64,000 bases of DNA from Octopus vulgaris (Eukaryota). Shown one piece after another: positions 12,497 through 26,857 of this stretch. The position numbers were made by a program, and so were the translations under genes. Every line of letters begins with the position of its first letter. Position 1 is the stretch's first letter. The stretch spans positions 96,224,001 to 96,288,000 of the forward strand of contig OX597820.1 in assembly GCA_951406725.2 (NCBI GenBank), written 5' to 3'. The notes beneath the pieces are model-generated. The model made no database searches. It saw only the letters and a list, made by a program, of their open reading frames with translations, and was not told the DNA's origin.

Positions 12497-12720
12497 GTTG
12501 GCCCTTTTAAATACAGGTACAACAGAAACAGGACGAAAGAGTAAAAGAAAGTTGTGGTGAAAGAGTACAGTAGGGTTCGCCACCATCCACTACCGGGGCT
12601 TCATGGAGCTTTAAGTCTTTTCGTTCAACAAACACTCACAACGCCCGGTCTGGGAGTCGAAACCGCGATCCTACGACCTCGAGTCCGCTGCCCTAACCAC
12701 TGGCACATTGCGCCTCCACA
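12497..12720 (-). mobile_element. tRNA-derived SINE family B, 3'-truncated
   Basis: Homologous to 16230-16450. Confidence 0.8.
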
Positions 12721-14132
12721 CACATATATATATATATTTACTATATATACATAGACATACATTCATACATATATAACGTACGCTCACTTTTTTCATCTGT
12801 GACTACATATATATGTGTGTCTATGCGTTGGTAAATTTGAGTCTGTGCACGTACGTATGTGTGTAGGTAGTCGTATGGCACCCCTATTTAATAACCTTAG
12901 AAGTCTTTCAACTCTACATGGCAAAAGATAGCATGCATCAGTTTTGCAGTACTTTCTATGTTTATGTGTGTTCAATTTTTTTTGCGATACCTATTTTTAG
13001 CAAGTCTGAGATAAAGTGAATTTACTCAAGAGATAATTCGTAATAAAGTCATTAAAGCTGTCTACAATTTTGTTCCTGTTGCATTTATACAAATTTAGTC
13101 TTTGATATATCTCTGTAACTCGCATACAAATTGAATATCTTTGAAAATACACTGCACCTTTACAATATTGTGAAGTACAAGTTCTATGTCTATACATAAA
13201 ATCGAAAGCAAATTTTCTAATGTCTCTTTTCTTTTTTCCTTAATTTCTCTTCGGTACCTTTAACTTGTGAACGAAACCAGTGTACTTAGTAAAGGCATCT
13301 TATAATACCACTTTCGTACTTCTTTAAATATAAGCTATTTGTACATACTCAAAATAATTTTTTAAAATATTATTTGACAGCTTGAGGCTTCTGTCAATAG
13401 TCACTTATCAAAGATCATAAAAACATCACCTAGCTGACAGTTTCAAACAGAATAACTGTTTCATGTTTCCTGAAATCTCGAGAGATGTATATTGCCAATG
13501 TTCAATATATTTAACAGACAGGCGTGAAGCAGATACGTTCTCTGCTGCTGTTTCTGCTATTTTTGTTTCAAACATATTATAGAATATATGTATTGAAATA
13601 GATATGATTAGATCACTGTATTCTGCCAATCTGAAGCAAGTATAATGTTGATTTTTGTTAACTATGATACTGGAAAATGGCATAGAATAGTGCAATCCTA
13701 TGTTGTATGGAATTATTAATGTGTATTCTAATACTCTACAGAATGATGAATTGATGTTAATCTAATGTTCGTTCTGTCAATGTCCGAGCGGTAATATGTG
13801 GACATTTCGATTCTTATCTTGTATGTTCAAAAGGTCGCGTGCCTCAATAAGATATGTTTGTTATATGAAAATAAATCCGCTTGTAAGTGGTTCAGAATTG
13901 TAACTGTCATCTATTTTCATTTACAGATTACTTTTTGTGGAGCACAAAATTTATATACAACGATTTATATACAACACAGTATGTATACTTTTGTGTATAT
14001 TTTCTGTCATATGTTACTGTATTATAAGGCGGTAAACTGGAAGAATCGTTAGCAAGTCGGGCAAAATGTTTAACAACATTTTGTCGACTTTGCCTTTCAT
14101 GCTACTAAACGTTTAGCTCAAAGTGTTAATTC

Positions 14133-14300
14133 TGGTTTCAAACTATGACACAAGGCCATCAGTTTTGTGGGAAGAGTTGAGTCGGTTACATCGACTACAG
14201 TGCTCGACTGGTGCTTATTTTACCGACCCTGCATAGGATGAAAGGCAAAGTCGACCTCAGCGGATTTGAACTTAGAACGTAAAGATAACCGAAATGCCAC
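14133..14300 (-). mobile_element. SINE family C (Meta-domain-like) fragment
   Basis: Contains the reverse complement of GGTCGACTTTGCCTTTCATCC. Confidence 0.7.
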
Positions 14301-15300
14301 TATTAACGTTACAAAATATTAAGATGGCATGTATATTTGTCGCTTATTTCATTTTTCAGTTTTTAGTTCTTAAATAATAATCTTATCAGCATAATAAGCC
14401 CAAGAAAACACGTTCCGTCATAGCATAACACTATGGGAGAAATTAGTGAACAGTAAACAATAGATATTTAAAGTTATTTGCCTAACAATGCTTGAATATT
14501 TTATCTACTGAAGAATAATGAAGTTTATGTTCGTCTCACCTCCGGCTATTTTATATATATATTTATTTATTCTGAATTATTCATAAGAACGTGATGACGA
14601 TGTGTGCACGTTTCTCAATACAATCAAATTTCATTATCAATTTATAAAATTCTTTAAATTTGATAAAATTTTGATAAAGTAAACTAGAATGAGGAAATAA
14701 CTAGAATCAGGAAACATTAATCAATAGCGTAGAGTAATTAGCAAAAAATTTCTACAAATAAACAAACACGTCACAAACACTTAAAACAGAAGAAACTAAA
14801 GAAACTACACGTAAAGCTAATTTCACTTTCACTTAAATAGACACATAATTTTAAATAGTTAAGAACCAAAAATACTGCAAACAAATAAATATATAGCAAA
14901 TATATACACATTAACATTAAAATCATAATAGTCACTCACAGTAAGTAATAGTTTTATGATCAGTTCGGTAGAGACAAGGCTTGAGTCTTATCATTGGAAT
15001 ACATGTGTGTGTGTGCGTATGTTGGTGTGGGTGTGAAATGTAGAATGAGGGATTGCAGGTTGGAAAATAGCTACTACATTAGCCATCCATATCATTATGT
15101 ATATGCAATATGTGTCCCTAAATTCGCAGTTGTAGATATTCACGTAAACAAACTAAATCGAATTAGCTTCAGTAAACGTTAAAACAATGTTTTGAATTAG
15201 TAAATGGTAAAGAAAAATCAAATAACTCCCTGAGGAGAAATGCAAATACAAACTTACTCTAAATAAACAGACGAATAAATAAATAAAAAAATTACAAATA

Positions 15301-15712
15301 GGCGCAGGAGTGGCTGTGTGGTAAGTAGCTTGCTAATCAACCACATGGTTCCGGGTTCAATCCCACTGCGTGGCATCTTGGGCAAGTGTCTTCTGCTATA
15401 GTCTCGGGCCGACCAATGCCTTGTGAGTGGATTTAGTAGACGGAAACTGAAAGAAGCCTGTCGTATATATGTATGTATATATATATATGTGTGTGAGTGT
15501 TTGTGTGTCTGTGTTTGTTCCACTAGCATTGCTTGACAGCCGATGCTGGTGTGTTTACGTCCCCGTAACTTAGCGGTTCGGCAAAAAGAGACCGATAGAA
15601 TAAGTACTGGGGTTACAAAAAGAATAAGTCCCGGGGTCGAGTTGCTCGACTAAAGGCGGTGCTCCAGCATGGCTGCAGTCAAATGACTGAAACAAGTAAA
15701 ATAGTAAAAAGA
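15301..15712 (+). mobile_element. tRNA-derived SINE family A, full length
   Basis: A-box-like TGGCTGTGTGG, B-box GGTTCAATCCC, CCTTGGGCAAGTGTCTT-like body, internal (TA)(TG) tract and a (GTAAAAGA)-type tail; several copies in the window. Confidence 0.9.
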
Positions 15713-15769
15713 GAGAGTCATATTCGAACTAATTAACACCATACAAACACTAACCATATTTAAATGGTA

Positions 15770-15903
15770 GTTACGTTCAAATTCCGTTGAAGTCGACTTT
15801 CATCTTTTGGTGGGTTATAAGATAAGTACCAGTAGAGCACTGGAGTCGATGTAATCGAATTACTCACTCTCCTAAAATTGCCGGTTTTGTGCAAAATTTT
15901 GAA
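15770..15903 (+). mobile_element. SINE family C fragment
   Basis: GTTCAAATTCCG..GTCGACTTT..AAGTACCAG..TTGTGCAAAATTTTGAA. Confidence 0.65.
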
Positions 15904-16066
15904 ATAATATTCGAATAACAGTTTTGATATATATGTGACGAAAAACATTCAGTTAACAGAAATCACTATAAAGCATACGCATTAACGATTAGCCACTTCT
16001 CCATTGTTTATAGTATAACCACTAATACTGCATATCATGTAATTAAGGGACTCTGTTAAGTGTTCT

Positions 16067-16450
16067 GGAAGCACTCCGTCGGTTACGACGACGAGGGTTC
16101 CGGTTGATCCGAATCAACGGAACAGCCTGCTCGTGAAATTAACGTGTAAGTGGCTGAGCACTCCACAGACACGTGTACCCTTAACGTAGTTCTCGGGGAT
16201 ACTCAGCGTGACACAAAGAGTGACAAGGCCGGCCCTTAGAAATACAGGTACTACAGAAACAGGAAGTAAGAGTGAGAGAAAGTTGTGGTGAAAGAGTACA
16301 GCAGGGATCATCACCATCCCCTGCCGGAGTCTCGTGGAGCTTTAGGTGTTTTCGCTCAATAAACACTCACAACGCCCGGTCTGGGAATCGAAACCGCGAT
16401 CCTATGGCCGCGAGTCCGCTGTCCTAACCACTGGGCCATTGCGCCTCCAC
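16067..16450 (-). mobile_element. tRNA(Arg-like)-derived SINE family B, full length with 10-bp TSD
   Basis: Head GGAGGCGCAATGGCCCAGTGGTTAGG..ACTCGCGG..GGTTTCGATTCCC; TSD TAAGTGTTCT at 16057-16066 and 16451-16460. Confidence 0.92.
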
Positions 16451-18069
16451 TAAGTGTTCTACAGTCACACTCGACTGAGTCATAAAATCAATTACCAAAA
16501 GGAGCTCTATTAAATCAAGAAACAAGGCCTTGATAAAATTTTATGTATTCATCTAAATTGTTTAGGAACGAATCTTTATTCCCACATCAGGATAAGGGCG
16601 TAGACATCCAAACGAAAGACAAAAAAATATCCGTGAATTCTAAATGAAAATATATTCTAAGTATTTTTGTGACAGCGCATGTTTTCACTGGAAATAATAT
16701 CTTCATCAACAACAATAATTCCAAATTTGGGCACAAAGCTAGCAATATTGAAGGTAGGGAGCATATGGATTACGCCGACCGTAATTATCTTTTATCGGAC
16801 CTCTAAATGAAAAGAGGTAAAGTTGACCTCTACAAAGTTTGAACATATAACATGAAGAACTGCAATTAAGTACCGTAAAGTATTTCTCCCAATCCATCAG
16901 CTTTCAGAATAATTTCTAATTTATGTAAAGAATCACAAATTTGTTGGAAGGCATTAGGTAGTTAAATCGATTCCAGTATTTGACCAAACTTTCATTCTCC
17001 AGGGCGGATGAAAAAGAAAGCTGACCGCGGCTGATTTGAACTCAGTACATAAAGAGTTTAAATAAATACTGCAAGGTAGTTTGTCCTGATTCTGTTTGAT
17101 CATCGTCATCGATTGATTGTAGTGCTTCAGCAGCCATATGAATGGCTAGGCTGAGCAACTCAAAAGAAAGGGTTTCTTTTTTCTACCTATTTTGCCAGTA
17201 GTTATATACCTTTCTCAGAAGTTAAGTTATACAAGTCTCAGTTCAAGTCGTAAACGAAAACAATAATTCTTTGTAATTTTGTTAGGTTTACAGTTTTAGT
17301 GGTAGAACATTAATCCATTACATTGCCCGTTCAGTACTTGACTACTTACTTTATTTTATTGACCCCGCGGCGGAATTTGTGTTCAGAACGTAATGAGTCG
17401 GAAGAAATGAGTCGATAGAAAATGTTTTTTCAGGTCAAGGGTTTTCAGAAATTGTCTACAGAGCATAGAAGTGACTGCTCAAATTGTTCTCGTCCATACC
17501 TAAAATCGATCCCTTGTCATCATTATTTTTGTCCTCCATCAACTCTCTATAGAGAGCGCGAGTTGACAACAATAACTAAGATCATTAAATAAAATATATG
17601 ATATACATCTATATCCCACATTTGGCTTAATATAAGCAAATTGAATATTTGCTGAAATAATAATTTAGAAGCATATTAAAACTCCCCAATCGCAAATTTA
17701 ATTTAGTTAATTTTAAACTAGATAAATCAATTTCGGTATAACAGCCTTAGCTGACGTCAATCACTTTGAACCAACAGCTAATCTCTACGGAGTCACTTGA
17801 CCTTTTAGAAACCAAATCATTCTAGATCACATCCTATCGTCTTTAAAAAATAAATATATTTGATAATGTTGTTCATGCATTTTAAAATTTTTGAGTCCAT
17901 TTCAACCATTACATACAGTGGCATTCTAGAGTTCTGCTATCAATGTGTATGTGTGTATGTGTTTCATTGGCTAATATATTTATCCGTATACAACAATACA
18001 AAATCTGTGTGTACCGTTGGCGATTTTTTTTCCTCCGTCTTACCTTCTCTGGATCTTTCCTTTTCCTAT

Positions 18070-18104
18070 GTTTCTGACGAAGAGCTCCGCTCGAAATGTA
18101 AAAC
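18070..18104 (+). ncRNA. Minimal hammerhead ribozyme in a ~200-bp repeat (18005-18205)
   Basis: GTTT-CTGACGA-A-GAGC-TCC-GCTC-GAAA-TG-TA-AAAC; same family as 52656 and 52889. Confidence 0.75.
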
Positions 18105-19104
18105 CCTCCTTCTTCCCTTCCTTCCTGAGCGTCCAATAACACTATACTTGTTCCACGTCCTCGCATTGTTGTATTTTCTCTTGGTGTTTTCATGTTTGGA
18201 TTAACTATATATATATACATGTATATGTGCTATTCCTGAAAACATGATTGACTGGCCACAGCTGAAATTATAGTTCTGTTCACTGAGGGCGGATCTAATA
18301 CTAAACAATTCCACCAGCAACAACAACTTTATCATTAAATAAACTTTCAAGTGATTCTAAAGGATTTGTTTTTAAATTCATCTTGCAATTTTATGGAACG
18401 AAAGTCGCAAACATTCTGATTGCTTATGAAAGGAGATCACATCATGTGAATCGGTTGCTAGAATAAAACTGATTTGCATACCTTAGAAATCAACTTTATT
18501 ATATTCGCCTGTATTTAACTTTGAGGTTGAATTGTTATAACTTGACGAAGAACATTATTTTATATCTAAAATCTTGGTCATTGACACTATTGTGCTGACA
18601 TGAATGCATTGGATATGTGTCAATAGAAATAATTACATGAGTGTTGAAAATAGCTATCATGACTCTTTCGCGAGGTAATTGTATCAATTTCAACGTATGG
18701 ATTTACAGCAATCCATCTGCCAAACAAGTTCAACTATTCTCATCTACTTATCTTTGTTACTCTTTGTCAAGACTAGCGTGTGAAGTATTACATTACAAGG
18801 TATTATCACTGCGCTAGATGTACACATGTAAATCTTGCTACGCTTACAATAGATTGCTTACAAAATTCTAATTATCCTAAATGTTGTATTCTAAAATATC
18901 CAGCATACAATTTTTCCAAGAATCCCTAATGTTTTGAAAATTACGTTCAATATATACCGTTTCTCGAAATGACGCCGTTGGAAATTAACCGAAAAATACT
19001 GGAGAAAATGCTTAGCGTTACGCAGTTTCATAGCTCTTCGTTCTAACTTGGAATCCTGCCATAGCAAAGCTCGCTCACATGTAGATGACGATAAGTAACC
19101 ATAA

Positions 19105-19146
<42 letters not shown>

Positions 19147-19975
19147 GTAAATGTATGTGTATTTGTGTGTGTGTACCTATACTATTTGCTTTTAAAACTA
19201 CCAAAGAAAATGCTCGTTTGGCAATCACATAGTACCGGGTTCTTATCCCAGTGCGTGGCCGTTTGAACAAATATTTTCTCTCATAGTTTTGGGTGCACCA
19301 AAATCTTTTGAAAAAAAATGTGGAAAATATAAACTAAATTGAAACAACAGACACATACAAATACGTGCGCGCGCACATACACATACACACAATCAAATAC
19401 AAATCAAGATGGAGAGGTTCCAAGATGGCGTCTAGATATGGGACTGCTATTGGTCAACGCGAGACACATGGGGTTACTGTTATAGTATTAATGGCTGAAA
19501 CGGACTTATTGAACATAAATGAACGTTATTGAATATATTCTTTATGTTTATGTTTGAGTAAAAGCTTGGCTTTACAAATCGTGAGGACCTAGAGTCGACA
19601 CTACTGCTTGGCATCTAAGCTATATTTTCATTTTTCAGAACTTGAGGTCAAGCAAAAACTTTGTCGGATGAAACTGGGTAGACGGGATCTGCATAAAAGC
19701 TAACCTACAGGATAGATTGTACATGTAATTCAAGGATTTAGCTCTCTTGTTCTGTGCAGCATGAGAATTACCTTAAAACTACAGGCCACTATTGAACCCT
19801 GCGCCACCTCAAATACTAATTTAAAGGGTAGGACGTTATATGCACATGGATCAAAAGTGACCTGTGTGCATATGCATGCACGCATATTAATGGTAGCTCT
19901 TGTAAATGCATTTAATTACAATACTGGTTTATATAACATTTATGATATATATACAAAAATACAACAGTACTTATA

Positions 19976-20138
19976 GGCGCAGAAGTGGCTGTGTGGCAAG
20001 TAGCTTGCTTACCAACCACATGGTTCCAAGTTCAGTCCCACTGCGTGTCATCTTGGGCAAGTGTCTTCTACTATAGCCTCGGGCCGACCAACGCCTTGTG
20101 AGTGGATTTGGTAGACGGAAACTGAAAAAAGCCCATCG

Positions 20139-20207
<69 letters not shown>

Positions 20208-20432
20208 TTGTGTGTCTTTGATTGCCCCCCCCCCCCCACACACACACACGTTGCTTGACAACCGATGCTGGTGTGTTTACGTCCCCGTAACTTAGCGGTT
20301 CAGCAAAAGATACCGATAGAATAAGTGCTAGTCTTACAAAGAATAAGTTCTGGGGTCGATTTGCTCGACTAAAGGCGGTGCTCCAGCATGGCCGCAGTCA
20401 AATGACTGAAACAAATAAAAGAGTAAAAGAGT
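19976..20432 (+). mobile_element. tRNA-derived SINE family A, full length
   Basis: Collinear with 15301-15712. Confidence 0.9.
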
Positions 20433-22684
20433 ACTAGCTGTATTATTTTGTCTCAGAAAAAAATTCTCAATGAGTGTTGTGTGTTGAAAAGACTGGGCTT
20501 TATCATGGTGTTAGTGGATTGTTAGAGACAATATTTCTGTCTCATTTGGTCTTTTTGGTAATGAATACTACTGGAATGAACCGAAAATTATTCGTTCCGA
20601 TGTAGAGATTGGTAAACAAAATAAGTATTCATTGATTTCAGGTAAAATTGGAGGATTCGACAACTATCATTTGATAAATAAATGCTAGACTGAAATCAAT
20701 ATTAATTTTGATATTAATGTACTCTTGCATGTCCACAGTCCAATGATTGAAACCAGTAAAAGGAACGTAAAAGACAATTTTAGAACACTGATGCTGACTC
20801 TTGGTAATTTAAATGTAATATCCCCAATATTAGTAAATATTTATACTTTTGCTTTTTATGTCAACCACTAAATAGTTGTGATATTGAGTGGTTACAAACT
20901 CAGTATGCGATTAAATAGAATGGCTAGACTTCTAATGTAATATCCTATCATCTAAAGATAGACTGTCTCTAGTTTATATCATCTACTCCACTGTTCAAAC
21001 ATTCATACACCTCACAATGTCACTGCTATTTTATCCGAATCTTGACCTCCGTCCGAACTCGGATACCTTAGAAATCCAAGTCTTCTGTAAATCTATTCAA
21101 CTTCTTCATAAGACTTCGGTAAATTTTGAAATTATTTTGCAGGAAATTTTCTTTATATTTCTATTTACGTTTTGTTTCTAATTTGACAACTTATTTCGAC
21201 GAAATAATTACACGTGCTGAATAAGATAAGAGAAGAGTGTTTATCATATATTTGTACTGTGAATGTTTCAATTGCCTCTTCGAAACACATTTATGTAACT
21301 TTCTAGTTGTGTTCAGTTCTTCACGCGAAATGAGTGATGCCAATCTTGAAAATATTACAGACAACTTACAATATTTTCGTGTCTTTAGTATATTATATAA
21401 ATAACTCTGAATTGCGGAAACTTGGATTACTAAATTATGTACTTATTGAAAATAAACTATAAAGCATCACGACTAACTTGGGAATATGGTCTACAATTCT
21501 ACCTTTACCGAAGTTCGAGAACAAATTTAAAACGTAAAATCAACATTCGACACTTTGTCAAATCTCACCAATACCTATGAATTCTTTTATCGATCCTTCG
21601 CCTTGTTTGTGCACGCTACACTTCAACTGATTAAGATCTGCCTAGTAACTTCATCCAAACATTACTTGCATTTCACTCGTACTAATTTTTCCTTTCCCGA
21701 GTTTCAACTATTCTCTTGTGTGGTGTGGTTTTCTTGTCAACCGTTGAATGTAACTACTAAAATCGGAGGTATAATACATTGCTTCTGTTCAAAATGCATG
21801 GAAATCAAATGGAAGTGAAGGGAATAGTACTTTTTTCTTTTACTAGTATGAAAAGGAGTGAAGTCATAAACGGATTACAGAGAATGTTAAACTTGACGTT
21901 CTACAAAGATTTGACTACATTAAATAGTTTGGGAAAGTGTCGAAATTGTGATGATATTTGGTTGGCATCTGATGCGGGTTTGAGCGTATTTCTTTCGGCT
22001 GGATTCTGTTTATACTATACATACATACATGCAGACATGTATATGCGCACATGTATATATTAATATATACATGTTACATACATACAGGCGCGGGTGTACC
22101 TTCACGCTTGTATGTATGTATGTATATATATATATATATATACACACATACAGGGATAAAAATTATTAAATAATTTATACCAGTGGTTAGCATGCATAAT
22201 AAAAATCAGAAGACACAAATATTTTAAAATATAATAGTGTATGAAATATAAATGGTGAGAAAACTACCATGTGGATTTATTACATGCTAAAAATGGCAGT
22301 CAAAGCCCAAACCCACGAACAAACATTCTTACATTAAAACACGTTGCTTGTACGCGAGCAAGACATTTGAGTGAATAAAAATTTCAGTTACTTAATAGAG
22401 TAATTAGTCATCCATAGCTCGTCAATAAGATCGCCGGAAAATGTATAAATATGAGACTATAATACGTACCGAAAGCACAAAGTGAACACATGCGCATTCA
22501 GTTTCATCTTTATACATCAAGAATTCAAATCGAATACCCTCAAGCAACGTGCCAAGCCAGAGTAGTATAGCAGTGAATAAGATCAAATGTATACTATGTT
22601 CTTCCTGGTTAGGGTCTTTGACTGCCATTTTTAGCATGTAAGGAATCCACATGGTGATTTTCTTTCCGTGTATATTTCATACAC

Positions 22685-22815
<131 letters not shown>

Positions 22816-24678
22816 CTAGTAAATTTCTATTGTTATTACTTCGTTTCATTCCTTCATTTTGGATATCTCAAGCTACTTCCATATTCTATCAACTTCTCTA
22901 AAATCTTCTATAACATTAGTTTCAAAAGTATTAGGAGAACACTGAGTAGATTAAAGAACTCTTGTGTCAATCAAATAATATCACTAAATAAGGTCTGAAT
23001 TGATTTAAATTGCTATACAGAGTAAAATGTTTATAGTATCTAGAAATGATATTGGTTCGTGTGAAACTCGGTAGAAGAATCTGTCAGTGATTAAATGTGA
23101 ACTAAGCGGATTAACATTCACAATAATATCTATACTGTCACAGAGTATCTGTAGAAGGGGAGAAATTGTAAGCAGTTATTGGATAAATAATTGAAAAATC
23201 TGTTTCCGAATTGGGCTCTAAATATCATTAACTGTGAATCTCGGTGTGACGAAAAGAAGTAATGTTTTGCGCGTAGCAACTTTGTGATTCTAAATTGTTC
23301 ATACGTCCTGCGAATGAAAACATTGCAGCTGAGCTTCTGGGAGGTGCTGGTAGAGCCAAAGCAAAAGTAGGGAGATATACTGAATATAATAAATATAAAA
23401 ACAAATCATAAAGAAAAATATATATAAATGGATTTTGTATGTTATCCAAAAGATGGGAGTATTGTGATATTAATGGTGTCGTGATCAACTGATAAAGATG
23501 TGGGTGTATGTGTGCGCGCGTGTATATGTGTAGAAAAATATCATGTGTGTATATGCATGCGCTCGTTTGTGTGTGTGTGTGTGTGTGGCGATAAGAAAAA
23601 AATATCGGGGCTATGATAACTTATATGTATATTATTATGTGATTGATCAACTCTAGAAAATGAAAGATTCCGCAACATATTTTTTCTATTAACCAAAAAA
23701 TCTTGGGTGAAGTGAATCAAAGAAAAATCAAATTAGCAAGATGATGCATACGAAAATGAGAAACTCAAGCTTTTAGGCTTAAATATAAACTTATATGGAC
23801 TCGTGAATGTTAATACAAGCACACACACACACGTATCCACCTTTACAGAGATACACAGCGAGTAAGAAGAAAGTAGGCAAAGAACAATAGATATGTTCCT
23901 TATGTAAGCCATTCATTTCTCACATCGATCCAACACAAAACTTCGAGTAGGAATTGATGCAGAGAATATACAACGCTCCTTTATAAGAAAAGTAAACTTG
24001 TCAAAGTTGGTTATCAATGCAATGTATCTGATTTTGTTCGCAGGAACTACCATCTCATCCAATATATGATTTCTTACTTAAACAATCAATTACTATGAAT
24101 CTGTTCGAGGGGAAGTAGCAATCGATTAAAATCGATTCCAGTTACTTGAGTGCTACTTGTTTCATCGATAAAGCAAAGTCAACTCCGATGGAAAATACTG
24201 AAAGTAAAGATAATTATATACCATGGAGTACTTTCTCTGTCGTTTAACAAGTCTGTCACCTACTTATCCCTATATCGCATTTAAAATACAAAATGTCGAA
24301 AGCAAGACAAAAGAAACAATATATTGCAAGATGGTCATTTTAAATGCACCTTTAAATTGTTGAAAAAAGGTACATTTAGTAGCTGATATGTAGAACCCCA
24401 CAACATATACGCCAGTGTTCTGCTACTTATTTTATCGACCCTGCAATATAAAACAAAATTGACTCTTGAATAATTTAATGTGTATGAATGGAGGAAGCTA
24501 AATATTGTAAGTTGTTCTGTTTTGGAGGCTTCGGCGCCCTAACAGAGGAACAAAAGCAATCATCAATATTGATGTAATTGGCAGAAACAAGAATCAGGAA
24601 ACTGAGAATGTACCAAAGCTGATAGAGGATACAGATTCCTAACGCAGCATTGTGAAATGCGTCCGTTAACAGCCGCTT

Positions 24679-24847
24679 GAAGAAGAAGAAGAAGAAGAAG
24701 AAGAAGAAGAAGAAGAAGAAGAAGAAGAAGAAGAAGAAGAAGAAGAAGAAGAAGAAGAAGAAGAAGGAGGAGGAGGAGGAGGAAGAGGAGAAGAAGAAGA
24801 AGAAGAAGAAGAAGAAGAAGAAGAAGAAGAAGAAGAAGAAGAAGAAG
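24679..24847. repeat. (GAA)n/(GAG)n microsatellite
   Basis: Seen directly; may be the tail of a degenerate LINE 3' end just upstream. Confidence 0.95.
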
Positions 24848-24869
24848 CAGTTGTGAGGCATTTTAATCT

Positions 24870-25108
24870 GAAATACCTATTTCTTTACTACCCACAAGGA
24901 GCTAAACACAGAGAGGACAAACAAGGACAGACAAACGGATTCAGTCGATTATATCTACCACAGTGCGTAACTGATACTTATTTAATCGACTCCGAAAGGA
25001 TGAAAGGCAAAGTCGACCTCGCCGGAATTTGAACTCACAACTTAGCGGCATACGTAATACCACTAAGCATGTCGCCCGGCGTGCTAACGTTTCTGCCAGC
25101 TCACTGCC
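24870..25108 (-). mobile_element. SINE family C, full length
   Basis: Reverse complement of the 57253-57480 copy. Confidence 0.88.
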
Positions 25109-25126
25109 TTAAGACTGCCATAATAA

Positions 25127-25337
25127 CGGTTTCAAATTTTGGCACAAGGTCAGCAGTTTTGAAGGAAGCAAGAAGTCGATTACATCTACCCCAGTGCTAA
25201 CCTTGTACTTATTTCTTCGAACCCGAAAGGGTGTGAGGTGTAGTCGACCTCAGTGGAATTTGAACTGAGAACGTAAAGACGGACGAAAAGCTGCTAAACT
25301 TTTTGTCAGGTGTGCTAACGATTTCTCCAGCTCGCCG
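25127..25337 (-). mobile_element. SINE family C variant with a different 3' end
   Basis: Same head and body as 24870-25108; 3' end CTTGTGCCAAAATTTGAAACC. Confidence 0.8.
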
Positions 25338-26711
25338 ATATAAGAATGATCTATTTTCATAATCAATGTAAACATATAATTGCGTCCCAGGACAGTATTT
25401 GTAGTATTTGCACGTCTTGATTCAGATATCTATACGGAATAGACTCTATATAATCTAGGATAGTTATCCGTGACAGGGTGATAATTTTTGATAAATTGTC
25501 ATGTTCTAGGCAAGAAGATGAATGTAAAATGAACAAATTTCAGCTGCAGTTGAAGTTCCCATACGATATTAACATTTCTGCGCTCGTTCTAAGTTTTTAA
25601 AGTAATATATTTAGGCTAATATAACTGGTTGTTGTTTGACCTGTTTAACACATTAAATTTAGAATTATGCTTGAAACATTGGGGAAAAATATCTTTTTTC
25701 AATGCACTTTGCAAGTTTTGTATTATTTAAAAATAATTTAGAGATAAAATCAAATAAGAATAGAGATGACTTTTCTTGGTGTAATCTCCTTTACACAAAT
25801 ACATAGAAAACAACACTGCTGACTTGCCAGTTTCCGAAAATAGAAATTGGTACTTATTAAATAACAATGACATACAATCATTTATTCTGTGTATTGCGGT
25901 AATTATTGAAATTGCAATGGTTAGATAAAAGTTCAATCGTTGATGTGATATAGTTAACTGAATTGACTCCTCTATATTACTAGTGCTAATTACATCTCCA
26001 TCGGAATCGAACAGTTAATGGGCATAATTGATCTCAGAGAAGAGTATGGAGACAAAACTAAATACTTCTGTATTGCTTCTGTTAAAAAAGCAATTTCTAA
26101 TTCAATTGCCGCCACGAAGTACGATCAGCCCCACTACCCACCCAAGAAAATTAAAGAATAGAAACCACTATTGGATTTGAATACTACACTTGTCAATTAT
26201 TTGAGATCTAGAATGATTGCTACTAATTTTTTATTGAACATTATTTTAACCATTAGATATATTAAACATTCAAATAAATTAAATAAACAGACTTGGACTA
26301 TATATTTACTTCAATGGGAATGTTTGACTTAGCAAAGGCACTTAAAAAAAGTCTGCTTGATTACAGTCAACACAATATTAAAATAAATGCTGTTTATATA
26401 TGTACAATTTTTGTTCTGAAGAAAAAAGTTTCTTTCACAGAGGTTATACCAAATATTAATCGAAAAAAAATATTCCAAATCTCTCGAGTACTGTACATAT
26501 ATACGGAGAGCTCTTTAAACAAATTTCTGACTGATACTGATTTAGTTGTTTGCCTACTAGATAAGCAACATCTCGTGGAAGATCTGGACGGCTGAACTGA
26601 GAGGATTTCAAGTTATCAGTCGAATAGTTGGTGGCACAAATCATTTTAGTTGTAGGTAATTAATAATCTCAAGCTATTAGAACACTCATTCGATAATAAA
26701 ACGCATATCGT

Positions 26712-26857
26712 GTTACGTTCTGAGTTCAAATTCCGCCGAGGTCGACTTTGCCTTTCAGCCTTTCGGGGTCGATAAATTCAGTACTAGTTGCGTACTGGGG
26801 CCGATCCAATGGTCTGCCCCCATCCCTCGAAATTTCGGGCCTTGTGCCTAGAGTAAA
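26712..26857 (+). mobile_element. SINE family C variant, 5'-truncated
   Basis: GTTCTGAGTTCAAATTCCGCCGAGGTCGACTTTGCC...GGCCTTGTGCCTAGAGTA. Confidence 0.8.

Noticed and set aside
16375-16450. tRNA-like sequence (also the heads at 15301, 19976 and 57253)
   Set aside because: These are SINE heads continuous with multicopy bodies, with TSDs in two cases, not tRNA genes.
19400-19440. Isolated CAAGATGGCG YY1-like motif
   Set aside because: A single motif with no supporting promoter context.
20515-20688. Open frame VRDNISVSFGLFGNEYYWNEPKII...
   Set aside because: No recognisable domain and weak splice signals; cannot be supported without a search.
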